From contig NC_057760.1 in the NCBI RefSeq assembly GCF_004010195.1, positions 1,734,215 to 1,798,214 on the forward strand: a DNA stretch of 64,000 nucleotides, written 5' to 3'. The notes beneath the pieces were generated by a model that saw nothing but the letters and a program-made list of their open reading frames with translations, did not search any database and was not told the DNA's origin. The position numbers and the translations under genes are program-made. This document shows positions 37,358-51,316 of the stretch, in pieces. Positions within the stretch are counted from its first letter, which is position 1. Each line of letters begins with the position of its first letter. This DNA is from Chiloscyllium plagiosum (lineage: Eukaryota).

Positions 37358-40300
37358 CAATATACAGCGTATGGGTACACAGAATGGGGTGTACAGGAGC
37401 AGTGTACAGTCTGTGGGTGTACAGAATGGGATGTACAGGAGCAGTACACAGTGTGTGGGGATACAGAATGGGGGGTATAGGAACAGTACACAGTATGTGG
37501 ATGTACAGGAACAGTACACAGCAAGTGGGGATACAGAATGGGGAGGACAGGAACAGTACACAGTGTGTGGGGATACAGAATGGGGAGTACAGGAGGCGTA
37601 CACAGTGTGTGTGGGTGTACAGAATGGGGAGTACAGGAACAGTACACAGTGTGTGGGTGTACAGGAACAGTACACAGTGTGTGGGGATACAGAATGAGGT
37701 GAACAGGAACAGTACACTGTGTGGGGATACAGAATGAGGTGTACAGGCACAGTACACAGTGTTTGGGGATACAGAATGTGGTGTACAGGAACAGTACACA
37801 GTGTGTGGGGATACAGAATGGGGTGTACAGGAACAGTACACAGTGTGTGGGTGTACAGAATGGGGTGTACAGGAACAGTACACAGTGTGTGGGGATACAG
37901 AATGGGGGTGTAGAGGAACAGTACACAGTGTGTGGGGATACAGAATGGGGTGTACAGGAACAGTATACAGTATGTGGGGATATAGAATGGGGAGTACAGG
38001 AACAGTACACAGTGTTTGGGGATACAGAATGTGGTGTACAGGAACAGTACACAGTGTGTGGGGATACAGAATGGGGTGTACAGGAACAGTACACAGTGTG
38101 TGGGGATACAGAATGGGGAGTACCGGAACAGTACACAGTGTGTGGGAATACAGAATGGGGTGTACAGGAACAGTACACAGTGTGTGGGAATACAGAATGG
38201 GGTGTACAGGAACAGTACACAGTGTGTGTGGATACAGAATGTGGTGTACAGGAACAGTACACAGTGTGTGGGGATATAGAATGGGGAGTACAGGAACAGT
38301 ACACAGTCTGTGGGTGTACAGAATGTGGTGTACAGGAACAATACACAGTGTGTGGGGATATAGAATGGGGAGTACAGGAACAGTACACAGTCTGTGGGTG
38401 TACAGAATGTGGTGTACAGGAACAGTACACAGTGTGTGGGAATACAGAATGGGGTGTACAGGAACAGTACACAGTGTGTGGGAATACAGAATGGGGTGTA
38501 CAGGAACAGTACACAGTGTGTGGGAATACAGAATGGGGTGTACAGGAACAGTACACAGTGTGTGGGAATACAGAATGGGGTGTACAGGAACAGTACACAG
38601 TGTGTGGGAATACAGAATGGGGTGTACAGGAACAGTACACAGTGTGTGGGAATACAGAATGGGGTGTACAGGAACAGTACACAGTGTGTGGGAATACAGA
38701 ATGGGGTGTACAGGAACAGTACACAGTGTGTGGGAATACAGAATGGGGTGTACAGGAACAGTACACAGTGTGTGGGAATACAGAATGGGGTGTACAGGAA
38801 CAGTACACAGTGTGTGGGAATACAGAATGGGGTGTACAGGAACAGTACACAGTGTGTGGGAATACAGAATGGGGTGTACAGGAACAGTACACAGTGTGTG
38901 GGAATACAGAATGGGGTGTACAGGAACAGTACACAGTGTGTGGGAATACAGAATGGGGTGTACAGGAACAGTACACAGTGTGTGGGAATACAGAATGGGG
39001 TGTACAGGAACAGTACACAGTGTGTGGGAATACAGAATGGGGTGTACAGGAACAGTACACAGTGTGTGGGAATACAGAATGGGGTGTACAGGAACAGTAC
39101 ACAGTGTGTGGGAATACAGAATGGGGTGTACAGGAACAGTACACAGTGTGTGGGAATACAGAATGGGGTGTACAGGAACAGTACACAGTGTGTGGGAATA
39201 CAGAATGGGGTGTACAGGAACAGTACACAGTGTGTGGGAATACAGAATGGGGTGTACAGGAACAGTACACAGTGTGTGGGAATACAGAATGGGGTGTACA
39301 GGAACAGTACACAGTGTGTGGGAATACAGAATGGGGTGTACAGGAACAGTACACAGTGTGTGGGAATACAGAATGGGGTGTACAGGAACAGTACACAGTG
39401 TGTGGGAATACAGAATGGGGTGTACAGGAACAGTACACAGTGTGTGGGAATACAGAATGGGGTGTACAGGAACAGTACACAGTGTGTGGGAATACAGAAT
39501 GGGGTGTACAGGAACAGTACACAGTGTGTGGGAATACAGAATGGGGTGTACAGGAACAGTACACAGTGTGTGGGAATACAGAATGGGGTGTACAGGAACA
39601 GTACACAGTGTGTGGGAATACAGAATGGGGTGTACAGGAACAGTACACAGTGTGTGGGAATACAGAATGGGGTGTACAGGAACAGTACACAGTGTGTGGG
39701 AATACAGAATGGGGTGTACAGGAACAGTACACAGTGTGTGGGAATACAGAATGGGGTGTACAGGAACAGTACACAGTGTGTGGGAATACAGAATGGGGTG
39801 TACAGGAACAGTACACAGTGTGTGGGAATACAGAATGGGGTGTACAGGAACAGTACACAGTGTGTGGGAATACAGAATGGGGTGTACAGGAACAGTACAC
39901 AGTGTGTGGGAATACAGAATGGGGTGTACAGGAACAGTACACAGTGTGTGGGAATACAGAATGGGGTGTACAGGAACAGTACACAGTGTGTGGGAATACA
40001 GAATGGGGTGTACAGGAACAGTACACAGTGTGTGGGAATACAGAATGGGGTGTACAGGAACAGTACACAGTGTGTGGGAATACAGAATGGGGTGTACAGG
40101 AACAGTACACAGTGTGTGGGAATACAGAATGGGGTGTACAGGAACAGTACACAGTGTGTGGGAATACAGAATGGGGTGTACAGGAACAGTACACAGTGTG
40201 TGGGAATACAGAATGGGGTGTACAGGAACAGTACACAGTGTGTGGGAATACAGAATGGGGTGTACAGGAACAGTACACAGTGTGTGGGAATACAGAATGG

Positions 40301-41045
40301 GGTGTACAGGAACAGTACACAGTGTGTGGGAATACAGAATGGGGTGTACAGGAACAGTACACAGTGTGTGGGAATACAGAATGGGGTGTACAGGAACAGT
40401 ACACAGTGTGTGGGAATACAGAATGGGGTGTACAGGAACAGTACACAGTGTGTGGGAATACAGAATGGGGTGTACAGGAACAGTACACAGTGTGTGGGGA
40501 TACAGAATGGGGAGTACAGGAACAGTACACAGTGTGTGGGGATACAGAATGGGGAGTACAGGAACAGTACACAGTGTGTGGGGATACAGAATGGGGAGTA
40601 CAGGAACAGGACACAGTGGGTGGGGATACAGAATGGGGAGTACAGGAACAGTACACAGTGTGTGGGGATACAGAATGGGGAGTACAGGAACAGTACACAG
40701 TGTGTGGGGATACACAATGGGGAGTTCAGAAACAGTACACAGTGTGTGGCATATAGAATGGGGAGTGCAGGTACAGTACACAGTGTGAATACAGAATGAG
40801 GTGTACAGGAACAGTACACAGTGTGTGGCATACAGAATAGGGAGTGCAGGTACAGTACACAGTGTGAATACAGAATGGAGTGTACAGGAACAGTACACAG
40901 TGTGTGGGAATACAGAATGGGGTGTACAGGAACAGTACACTGTGGGGATACAGAATGGGGAGTACAGGAACTGTATTCTGTGGGATACAGAATGGAGTGT
41001 ACAGGAACAGTACACCGTGTGTGGGGATACAGAATGGTGAGTACA
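37358..41045. repeat. 42-bp minisatellite (GTACACAGTGTGTGGGAATACAGAATGGGGTGTACAGGAACA), ~88 units
   Basis: Direct inspection; homogeneous core ~38420-40495, degenerate edges. Confidence 0.97.
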
Positions 41046-41154
41046 GGCTGGTATTCATCGCCATTGCCCCACAACATCCCCTTAGAGGTCCGGAATCTAT
41101 TTTCTGAAGGAGAATGGTGGCTGTACCGACAGCGAAAAGGTGTTGCAGACAGTT

Positions 41155-41470
41155 ATTAGATTCCCTACAGTATGGAAACAGGCCCTTCGGCCCAACCAGT
41201 CCACACCGACCCTCCAAAGTGTACCCCACCCAGATCCATTTCCCTCTGAGTAATGCACCTAACACTACGGGTAATTTAGCGTGGCGCCAATTAATCTGAC
41301 CTGCAGGTCTTTGGACTGCGGGAGGACACCAGAGCACCCGGAGAAAACCCATGCGGAAACAGGGAGAATGTGCAGACTCCACACAGACAGTCGCCCAAGG
41401 CGGGAATCGAACCTGGGACCGTGGTGCTGTGAGGTAGCAGTGCTAACCACTGAGCTACCGTGCCGCCCCT
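41155..41470 (-). mobile_element. V-SINE (HE1-like)
   Basis: Head-core-tail on the minus strand. Confidence 0.85.
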
Positions 41471-42639
41471 CGTTTAAACCTGCAGTGCAAATGATGACAC
41501 CGACAGCAGGGTTAATGTCAGAGTTACAGAGCAATGGTTGGCTTACGAGGAGAGACTGAATTGACTGGGATTGTATTCATTGGAATTCAGAAGAATGAGG
41601 GGAGACTTTACCAAAACACTTAAAATTATGAAGGAAACAGATAAGATAGAAAAAGAGAGGATGGTTTCACTGGCAGGTGAAACTAGGACAAGAGGGCATA
41701 CCCTCAAGATTAGACGGGGCAGATTTCGGACTGAATTGAGAAGGAAGTTCTTCACCCAGAGGGTTGTAAATGTATGGAATTCCTTGCCCAGTGAAATATT
41801 TGACGCCACCGCAGTAAACGTTTTTAAAGCTAAGGTAGGTTTTTATTTGAACAATAACGGAATTAAGGGTTATGGTGAGAGGGCGCGTAATTGGGGCTGA
41901 GGCCACAGGAAGATCAGCCATGACCTTATTGAAGGGCCAGATGGCCTACTCCTGCTCCTAACTCTTGTGTTCTGATGTTCCGTGAAGAGTGCTGTTGACT
42001 GGATGTTAGTGTCTCAGCATTCCTGCAAGAGCAGTCCCAGTCTTCTCCTGCAGGGGTCAGGATTCTCTCCTGGTGTGATGGTTGGCAGTGAGCTGTCCTT
42101 TTGAATTGCCACAGTCCCCCAGGTGGTTAAGGGGACACCCAACAGTGCCATCAGGGAGGGAGTTCCAGTGTTTCCACACTGAAGGAACACCCAATGTACT
42201 TCCAAGTCAGTGCAGTGAGTGGTTGGGAGGGGAACTTGCAGGGGGTGCTGTTCCCCCATATCTGCTGCCGTTGTCTTTCAATGGGGTAGAGATCATGGGC
42301 TGGGAAGGTACTGTCTAAGGAGCCTCGTAGTCTTGCAGATGATACACACTGCTGCGACTGAGCGGGGGGGGGGGGGGGGTGGAGGCTTGATCATGTGGAT
42401 CGATCAAGCTGGCTGCTTTACCCTGAACAGCGTCGAGCTTCTCGAGTGTTGTCAGAGCTGCACCCATCCAGGGGCAATTGGGGAGCATTCCATCATACTC
42501 CTTGTCAATGGTGGGTGGGCCTTGGGGGGAGTCGGGAGCTCCTGTTCAAGGGGGTGTGACAAAGGAGACTTTCAGATGACAGACAGAGGAGGCCAAGATG
42601 CAAGGCCCAGACGGATTGGTCCGAAGTTGCCCCAGAGAC

Positions 42640-43930
42640 ATAGAGATGTCCAGCACAGAGACAGACCCTTTGGTCAAATTCATCTATGCCGACCAGATAT
42701 CCGAACCTACTGTAATCTAGTCCCATTTGCCAGCATTTGGCCCATTTCCCTTTAAACCCTTCCTATTCATATACTCATCCAGATGCCTTTTAAATGTTGC
42801 AATTGTACCAGCCTCCAGCACTTTTTCTGGCAGCTCATTACATACACGCTCTGCGTGAAAACGTTACCTCTTAGGTCTCTTCTAAATCTTGCCCCCTCAC
42901 CTTAAACCTATGTCGTCTAGTTTTCGACTCCCCTACCCTGGGGAAAAGACCTTGTCTATTTGCCCTATCCATGCCCCTCATGATTTTATAAACTTCTACA
43001 AGGTCACCCCTCAGCCTCCGACGCTCCAGCGAAAACAGCCCCAGCCTCTTCAGGCTCTCCTTTTGGCTCAAATCCTCCAACCCTGGCAACATCCTTGTAA
43101 ATCTTTTCTGATCCCTTCCAAGTTTCACAGCATCCTTCCGATAGAAGGGAGACGAATTGCACACAGTATTTCAACAGTGGCCTAACCAATGTCCTGTACA
43201 GCCACAACATAACCTCCCAACTCCTGTACTCAATACTCTGACCAATAAAGGAAAGCATACCAAACATCTTCTTCACTATCCTATCTACCTGTGACTCCAC
43301 TTTCAAGGAGCTATGAACCTGCAATCCAAGGTGTTTTTGTTCAGCAGCACTCCCTAGGACCTTACCATTAAGTGTATAAATTCTGCTAAGAGTTGATTTC
43401 CCAAAATGCAGCACCTCACATTTATCGGAATTAAACTCCATTTGCCACCCCTCAGCCTATTGGCCCATCTGATCATGATCCCGTTGTACCCAGAGGTAAC
43501 CTTCTTCACTGTCCACTACACCTCCAATTTTGGTGTCATCTGCAAGCTTACTAACCACACCTCCTATGTTCACATCCAAATCATTTATATAAATGATGAA
43601 AAGCAGTGCACCCAGCACCGATCCTTGTGGCACTCCACTGGTCACAGGTTTCCAGTCTGAAAAACAACCCTCCACCACCACCCTCTGTCTTCTTCCTTTG
43701 AGCCAGTTCCGTATCCAAATGGCTGGTTCTCCCTGTGTTCTGTGAGATCTAACCTTGTTAACCAGTCTCCCATGGGGAACCTTGTCGAACGCCTTACTGA
43801 GATCCATATAGATCATGTCCACCGCTCTGCCCTCATCAATCCTCTTTGAGTTTTTTTTGAAGAAGTAACAATCAAATTAGTGAGACACCTTTTCCCACGC
43901 ACAAAGCCATGTTGACTATCCCTGATCATA
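42640..43930 (-). mobile_element. CR1/HER1 LINE RT + 3' end
   Basis: [46 protein letters not shown]. Confidence 0.92.
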
Positions 43931-44311
43931 TGTGCAACTCGAACATATGGAGAAAGAGCTGAGGTCAGGGAAGAGTTGTATTTGACATTAGGCATAGAAA
44001 GTAGAAGGAGGAGTTGGCCTTTCAGCTCTTCAAGCCTGCCCTGCCATTATAAATGAGCATGTCTGACCACCCAAACCAGTGACCTCTTCCCACTTTCTCC
44101 CCATAAACTTTGATTCCTAGAGCCCTCAGAACTGTGCCCGTAACTCCTTGAAAACATTCCATCAATCGTTTTCTTGAGGGGGAGAGGATGCCAATTTGAG
44201 GAAATCGACACTGGGGAATTCCACTCCAACTCCTTCAGGTACCTACTTTTGCCACGGTGTTCCAACCAGAAGCCAGTCCAAGCGAGCACCAAATTGCTGT
44301 CCAGAAGCCTT

Positions 44312-44585
44312 TGCATGGCCAATCCACCCTAACCTGCACATCCCTGGGCACTATGAGACAATTTAGCATGGCCAATCCACCCTAACCTGCACATCCCTGG
44401 GCACTATGAGACAATTTAGCATGGCCAATCCACCCTAACCTGCACATCCCTGGGCAATATGGGTAATTTAGCATGGCCAAGCCACCCTAACCTGCACATC
44501 CCTGGGCACTATGGGACAATTTAGCATGGACAATCCACCCTAACCTACACATCCCTGGGCACTATGGGACAATTTATCATGGTCA
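44312..44585 (-). repeat. Orphan 53-bp V-SINE-unit array (~5 copies)
   Basis: Same unit as 29367-29845, without SINE head or tail. Confidence 0.85.
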
Positions 44586-44722
44586 AAGGGCTATCACAAG
44601 CACAATGGGCCTAGTGACCTCCTCCTCAGCTATTGGGTACAGAGCAGAGGGTGGCAAGGGGACATAACAGACTTGGGAAGCTTCCAGGCTCAGGGCTTAT
44701 GGTCTCCCAGAATTTATCCTAA

Positions 44723-45043
<321 letters not shown>

Positions 45044-45129
45044 TAGGTACAAGTAGCTAGGTACAAAAACTTAACAACAAGGCAGAGATAAATAAGTAGC
45101 AAAGTTAAAAGCTAAACATTACAGTCTTA

Positions 45130-45598
45130 GAATCCTCAGTGTGGAAATAGGCCCTTCAGCCCAACCAAGTCCACACCGACCCTGCAAAGAGTGTCCCACC
45201 CAAACTCATTCCCCATTATTCTACATTTACCCCTGTCTAATACACTATGGGACAATTTAGCATGGCCAATCCACCCTAACCTGCATATCCCTGGACACTA
45301 TGGGACAATTTAGCATGGCCAATCCACACTAACCTGCACATCCCTGGGCACTATGGGACAATTTAGTATGGCCAATCCACCCTAACCTGCATATCCCTGG
45401 GCACTACGGGACAATTTAGCATTGCCAATCCACCCTAACCTGCACATCTTTGGACTGTGGGAGGGAACCAGAGCACCTGGAGGAAACCCACACAGACACA
45501 GGGAGGAGAATGTGCAAACTCCACACACACAGACAGTCGCCCAAGGCTGGAATCGAACCCAGCTCCCTGGTGCTAACCACTGAGCCACCGTGCCACCC
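45130..45598 (-). mobile_element. V-SINE with expanded 53-bp unit; another V-SINE at 46411-46718 (-)
   Basis: Head, core and ~4 internal units. Confidence 0.85.
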
Positions 45599-47294
45599 CT
45601 CCTTAGTATTAAGTAAAGAAATGAAGCTGAAAGTTCAACCATGGCAGCACCAGGAGGTGGTGAAGTTGACATTTCAGGTGTTACACTATCAGCACAAGTG
45701 GCAGCAGTGGGATTCAAACCCTTGCCTCCTTAGAGACTGGAACCTGAAATCAGTACCTTAGGCCACTTGGCCACGCTCTCAGACTCTGAAGAGGTGTTAC
45801 ACCTGAAACATCAACTTCTCCACCTCCTGATGCTGTCTGGCCTGCTGTGTTCTTCCAGCCTCCTGCCTGTCTACTTTGGATTCCAGCATCTGTGCGATTT
45901 TTTTTTTGTCTCTTCAAGTTCAACCATTGCAGTCTTGCTGAAGTGCTTAGTCATGCTGTGCCCCCACTTCCTGCAAGGGCCCGATCCCCATGCTGGCTCA
46001 ATCTTCCCCAGCTCTCGTCATCGCTGCAGATGCCGCAGGGGGTCCTCCATCACCACGTTGGATCTCAGACCGTCCAGGCCTGATCCAGCCGCCATCCTCG
46101 GTCCACACGCCAGGCACCGTGAACCCGCCAAGAGGTGGGGGTGAGCCTCCTTCTTGAACCTCTGCAGTGGTGGAGGATCAGCCACAGAGCCATTCGGGAG
46201 GAAGTTCCGGGATCTTTGGCTCCAGCAACGCTGAAGGGACGGCCAATTCTCATTCGGAATGGTGGGGTTTGGAGGGGAACCTGCTCAGAATGGTGTATCT
46301 GGTGTCCTGTCATTTCAGATGGTCATAGTTGTTCGTTTGGAAGGTGCTGTCTGAGGAGCCTCAGCAAGTCACTGCAGTGCATCTTGGATACGCTGCTGGT
46401 GGAGGGAGTGATTAGATTCCACTACAGTGTGGCAACAGGCCCTTCAGCCCAACCAGTCCACGCCAACTCTCTGAAGAGTAGCCCATCCAGACACATTTCC
46501 CTCTGCCTAATGCACCTAACACTATGGGCAATTTAGCATGGTCAATTCGCCCTGAACTGCATATCTTTGGACTGTGGGAGGGAACCGGAGCACCCAGAGG
46601 AAACCCACGCAGATGGGGGGGGGGCAGAATGTGCAAACTCCACACAGACAGTTGCCCCAAGGCTGGAATCGAACCCGGGTCCCTGGCGCTGTGAGGCAGC
46701 AATGGCACCGTGCCGCCCCAATGGATGTCTGTGGTGCCAATCCAGTGGGGGCTGCTTTGTCCCTGGATGGTGTCGAGATTCCCCAGTGTTGCTGGAGCTG
46801 CACCCATCCAGACAAGTGGGGAGTATTCCCTCACACTCCTGACTCATGCCTTGCTGGCTTTGGCGAGGCGTGAGCCAAGGCACGCACTGTAGAATTCCAA
46901 GCCTCTGACCTGCTCTTGCAGCCTCTTACAGGGCTGGCCTGGTTCAGTGTCTGATTGATGGACGTAGGGACCGAAGGTTGAAGGACCAGCAAAGAAAAGA
47001 TATGTATTTATGTAGCACCTTTCACAACCACAGAAGATCCCAATGTGTTTTACAACCAATGAAGCGCATTTTCTGATGTGGGCTCAGTGTTGTATTGTCG
47101 GAAATGTGGCAGGTATTTGTGCACAGCATGTTCCCACAAACAGTCATAATGACCCATGTCATCTATCTTTATTAATGTGGGGTGAGGAATAAGTTTTATT
47201 CCCAGACACTGGGGAGAACTGTCTGATGGAGAACATTTCGCCCTCACCCCACTTTAAAACAACAGCATCTGATATTTTGCATTAAAATGGACAG

Positions 47295-48030
47295 GCAGCA
47301 CAGTGTTCCCTCAGTGCTGACCCTCCGACATTGCCCGCTCCCTTAGGGCTGACCCTCTGATACTGCCCCCTCCCTCAGTACTGACCCTCTGATACTGCCC
47401 CCTCCCTCAGTGCTGACCCTCTGACAGCAACTGTGCTCCCTCAGCACTGATCTTCTGACAGTGCGGCGCTCCCTCAGCGCTGACCCTCTGACAATACGGT
47501 ACTCTCTCAGCGCTGACCCTCCGACAGTGATGCATTCCCTCAGTGCTGACCCTCTAACAGTGTGATGCTCCCTCAGCGCTGACCCTCCGACAGTGCAGCG
47601 CTCCCTCAGCGCTGACCCTCTGACAGTGCGATGCTCCCTCAGCGCTGACCCTCCGACAGTGCAGCGCTCCCTCAGCGCTGACCCTCTGACACTGCTGCAT
47701 TCCCTCAACGCTGACCCTCCAACAGTGTGACACTCCCTCAGCGCTGACTCTCTGTCAGTGTAGTGCTCCCTCAGCGCTGACCCTCCGACAGTGCAGCTCT
47801 CCCTCAGCACTGGCTCTCCAATACTGCAAGCGCACCCTCTGCGCCCCTTCCCTCTGTGCTGACCTGCGACAGTGCCCCCTCCATCAGCCCTGACCTTCTG
47901 TCAGCGCCCACTCCCCCGGCGCTGACCCTCCGACAGTGTCACATCCGTCTGCACCGACCCTCTGCCAGTGCGGCACTCCCTCAGCCTCAACCTTCTGAGA
48001 GTGCCCATGCTCTCAGCCCCGACCCTCCGG
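47295..48030. repeat. 33-bp minisatellite (CTGACCCTCCGACAGTGCAGCGCTCCCTCAGCG)
   Basis: Direct inspection; directly follows a DeuSINE-like remnant. Confidence 0.88.
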
Positions 48031-48321
48031 CAGCGTGGGACTCCATTTACTTGTTCTGTCAGGTAAGTGGGACGTGCAGGCTTGGAACTTGGATTGGAGG
48101 GAGTTCCAACTGGAAGGCTGGTCCAAAATGTAAGAGACCATGGTATCCAAAGTTGGCTTGCCAATAGGAGGCAAAGAATGATGATGGAGGGTTGTTTTTG
48201 TAATTGGAAACTTGCCTGTAGTAGTATACCACCAGAATCACCCTTGTTGTTTATTATGTACGTTAACAACTTGGATATCAATGTAGAAGGTGTAATATTG
48301 TGCACAGTTCTAGTTGCTACT

Positions 48322-49231
48322 GGTCGGGACTAGGCCAGACCACTCAAAATATTCTTAAGCAGATGGCCCAGTCCATACGGGTGGCTCAGTGGTTAGCACT
48401 GCTGTCTCACAGCACCAGGGTCCTAGGTTCGATTTCAACCTTGGGCGACTGTCTGTGTGGAGTTTGCATATTCTCCCCATGTCTGCGTGGGTTTCCTCCC
48501 ACAGTCCAAAGATGTGCAGGTTAGGTGAATTAGCCACGCTAAATTGCCCATAGTGTAGGGTGCATTAGTCAAAGGGAAAAGGGGTTTGGGTAGGTTACTC
48601 TTCTGAGGGTCGGTGTGGACGTTTTGGGCTGAAGGGCCAGTTTCCACACTGTAGGAAATCTAATCTAATCATAACTTTGCAATTTGTTTTGGTAAGTGTA
48701 CAGCGAAAGTTACCCAGAGTAAGTTAGCTAGGTTGAGTACCGGTCTTAAAACAGACAAAAAATTATTCACAAAATTACACAATGAAACACAAAGAACCCT
48801 TCCAGAATTCAGTCTATCCAACTAGATTTGTGCTGTTCCTAAGAAACACGACAGTGCCAATAAGCAAACCCCCTTATAAAACACAGTAGAAAATGGAACA
48901 AATGCTTTACAGGTTGAAGTTAGAAGGGCAGAAGAAGAGAGAGAGAGTTCCCACACAGCTCACTGTTGAACTCCTAACTAGTTCTGGACTGAAACACTCA
49001 GCAGAGAGCTGACCACTCCCCTTCCATTATACAGGTCACTTCTAAATCATGACCACTTTGGCCTGAAGTCTCATTTGCTTACATATAAACAAAAGGCCTC
49101 TCAATACCCTTAAAGCTCTGTACCAAACCAGTCCAATCAGAACTGGAAACCTCTGGGGGGGGAAAAAAACAAGGACACAGTATCCTTGAGAAAAGGAACA
49201 GCTTTCAGAAAAAAGGGACCAGTTTCGTGAC
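48322..49231. mobile_element. Possible solo LTR inside CR1, itself interrupted by a V-SINE (48376-48670 +)
   Basis: Non-coding insert splitting CR1 at the QFW..Y.KD region; degenerate GTC..GAC/TCGTGAC ends. Confidence 0.4.
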
Positions 49232-49631
49232 TCTATGCTATCAGAAGGATATTATTGCATGGTGCAGAGAAAATGCACCAGAATATTGCCTGGTATGAAA
49301 AGTCTCAGTTGTGAGGAGAGACTGCATAGACCAGAGGGTGTAGTGATAAGCTGAGGAGCAATTGGTTTACAGGAGATCTGAGAGAGAATGTATTCACCCA
49401 GAGGGTGGTAGGAGGATGGAACGTGCTTCTTGGGAGGCTGGTGGAGACAGCTACTCTCGCAACATTAGAGACGCATCTGGATGAGCACTTAAAATGCCAG
49501 AGGACACTAGGATATGGACCAATTACAGGTTAATGGGATTAATGTAGCTTGTTGGTTGGCGTAAACGCATTGGGCAAATGGGCCTGTTTCAATGCTGTAT
49601 AACTCTAACAAAGCCACAGTCTGATGGCTGC

Positions 49632-49812
49632 AGAGAGACAGACAGACAGAGAGACAGACAGACAGAGAGACAGACAGACAGAGAGACAGAGACAGACAGA
49701 CAGACAGAGAGAGACAGACAGGGAGACAGACAGACAGACAGATAGAGACAGACAGAAAGAGAGAAACAGACAGAAAGAGACAGACAGACAGACAGAAAGA
49801 GAGACAGAGAGA
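49632..49812. repeat. (AGAC/AG)n microsatellite
   Basis: Direct inspection. Confidence 0.95.
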
Positions 49813-50129
49813 CCATGAAGGGATTGGTACCCAGGCTCAACAGAGTGCCTCTTAGTGACAAGAGAAATGTGGAACTTTACACTGGACAAGGTTTGAAAAA
49901 CACCAGCGATGATTAATCGACACGGGTTGTTTACAAGGGAGTTGGGACAATGTCCATATCCCTGGGCACTGAGTGATGTGGGAAATGTGTCAGTAATAAG
50001 CACACATTGTACAACCTGGACCTGAGCAACGTATAGGTGAGCACAAAACTACAGAGTGATTCCCTGCAAAGGGAGCTGGATTATTCACATCTTAGGCTGC
50101 TTCCACTTCCCACTTTTATATTTCTGCAG

Positions 50130-50249
50130 GAACCCAGTGGGTCAGCCCAGGAAAGGATTGTGAACAAATTGACAGATGCCATTCAGTACAAGCTCTCCCT
50201 GAACAGTGTGTTGCCCCATGCCAGCGGTATCCCACCCGCCATGCCTTTG
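50130..50249 (+). CDS. TTC24: TTC24 exon ([40 protein letters not shown])
   Basis: EP...ER.V.KL.D matches the TTC24 post-TPR helix; ttctgcag/gtaagt; 120 bp phase 0-0. Confidence 0.88.
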
Positions 50250-50389
50250 GTAAGTGTTTGACATGCAGTGACACCACCTGTATTTCAGAGACCTCTGCAT
50301 CAGTTCCCAATTCCCAATGCTCAGCTTAATGGTACAGAGTACCGCTGACCCCATTTGCCTCACACCGGCACAATGTTTTAGTGCAGACA

Positions 50390-50900
50390 AATGGAGAGGC
50401 GGCTTTACGCTGTACCTAACTTCATGCTGTCCCCATCCTGGGAGTGTTGGATGGAGAGACAGTGTAGAGGATGCTTTATTCGGTGTCTAACTCTTTGCTG
50501 TCCCTGTCCTGGGAGTGCTTGATGGGGAACAGTGTAGAGAAGCTGTAGTGTGTATCTAGCCCAATGTTGCCCTGTCCTGGGAGTGTTTGATGGGGACAGT
50601 GTAGAGAGAGCTTTACTCTGTATCTAAACCTGTCCTGTCCCTGTCCCTAGGAGTGTTTGGGGGGCACAGTGTAGAGGGAGCTTTACTCTGTATCTAACCC
50701 TGTGCTGTCCCTCACCTGGGAGTGTTTGATGGGGGACAGTGTAGAGGGAGCTTTTCTCTGTATCTAACCCCGCACTGTCCCTGTCCTGGGAGTGTTTGAT
50801 GGAGACAGTGTAGAGGGAGCTTCACTCTGTATCTAACCCTGTGCTGTCCCTGTCCTGTTAGTTTTGACTGAGCAGGGGGTGAGGGGACAGTGTAGTGCGA
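50390..50900. repeat. ~69-bp minisatellite (CTGGGAGTGTTTGATGGGGACAGTGTAGAGGGAGCTTTACTCTGTATCTAACCC..TGCTGTCCCTGTC), ~7 copies
   Basis: Direct inspection. Confidence 0.88.
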
Positions 50901-51021
50901 GTTCTGCCTTTCTTTATAAGATATGTTTCTTCCCCTCCTCAAAGCAACAGGGTCTTAAACTAACTATCCACTGTCTGTGTTTCTGATGTGATGAACCATT
51001 AATGATCTGCATTGTTCACAG

Positions 51022-51101
51022 AAGTACCTACCTGGAAATTTCCCTCGAACATTGAGGGCTCCCGCTCCTGTCACCCATGGGCATCAAATGCAAATAATTC
51101 A
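51022..51101 (+). CDS. TTC24: Probable TTC24 exon (KYLPGNFPRTLRAPAPVTHGHQMQII)
   Basis: ttcacag acceptor, GTAAGT donor, open in phase 0->2, unique sequence; no family motif recognised. Confidence 0.55.
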
Positions 51102-51316
51102 GTAAGTAAGGTGTTACACACTCCCGAGGTACGGAAGAATTTGGAGTTTAGCTGTGGAGGGGCCACTGTTGGACTGGGGTGGACAAAGTTAAAAATCACA
51201 CACCAGGTTATAGTCCAACAGGTTTATTTGGAAGCACTAGCTTTTGGAGCACTGCTCCTAACTAGGAGTTGTGTGACTTCTAACTTTGGAGTTTAGGGAA
51301 GATGCGTTGTCCTGGA

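Noticed and set aside
37358..41045. CRISPR-like array
   Set aside because: No unique spacers, no cas genes, vertebrate intron; the same applies to the 53-, 33- and 69-bp arrays
37272..41077. Six giant ORFs (801-1258 aa) resembling repetitive Cys-rich proteins
   Set aside because: By-product of a stop-free 42-bp tandem unit inside a TTC24 intron; open on both strands, no domain
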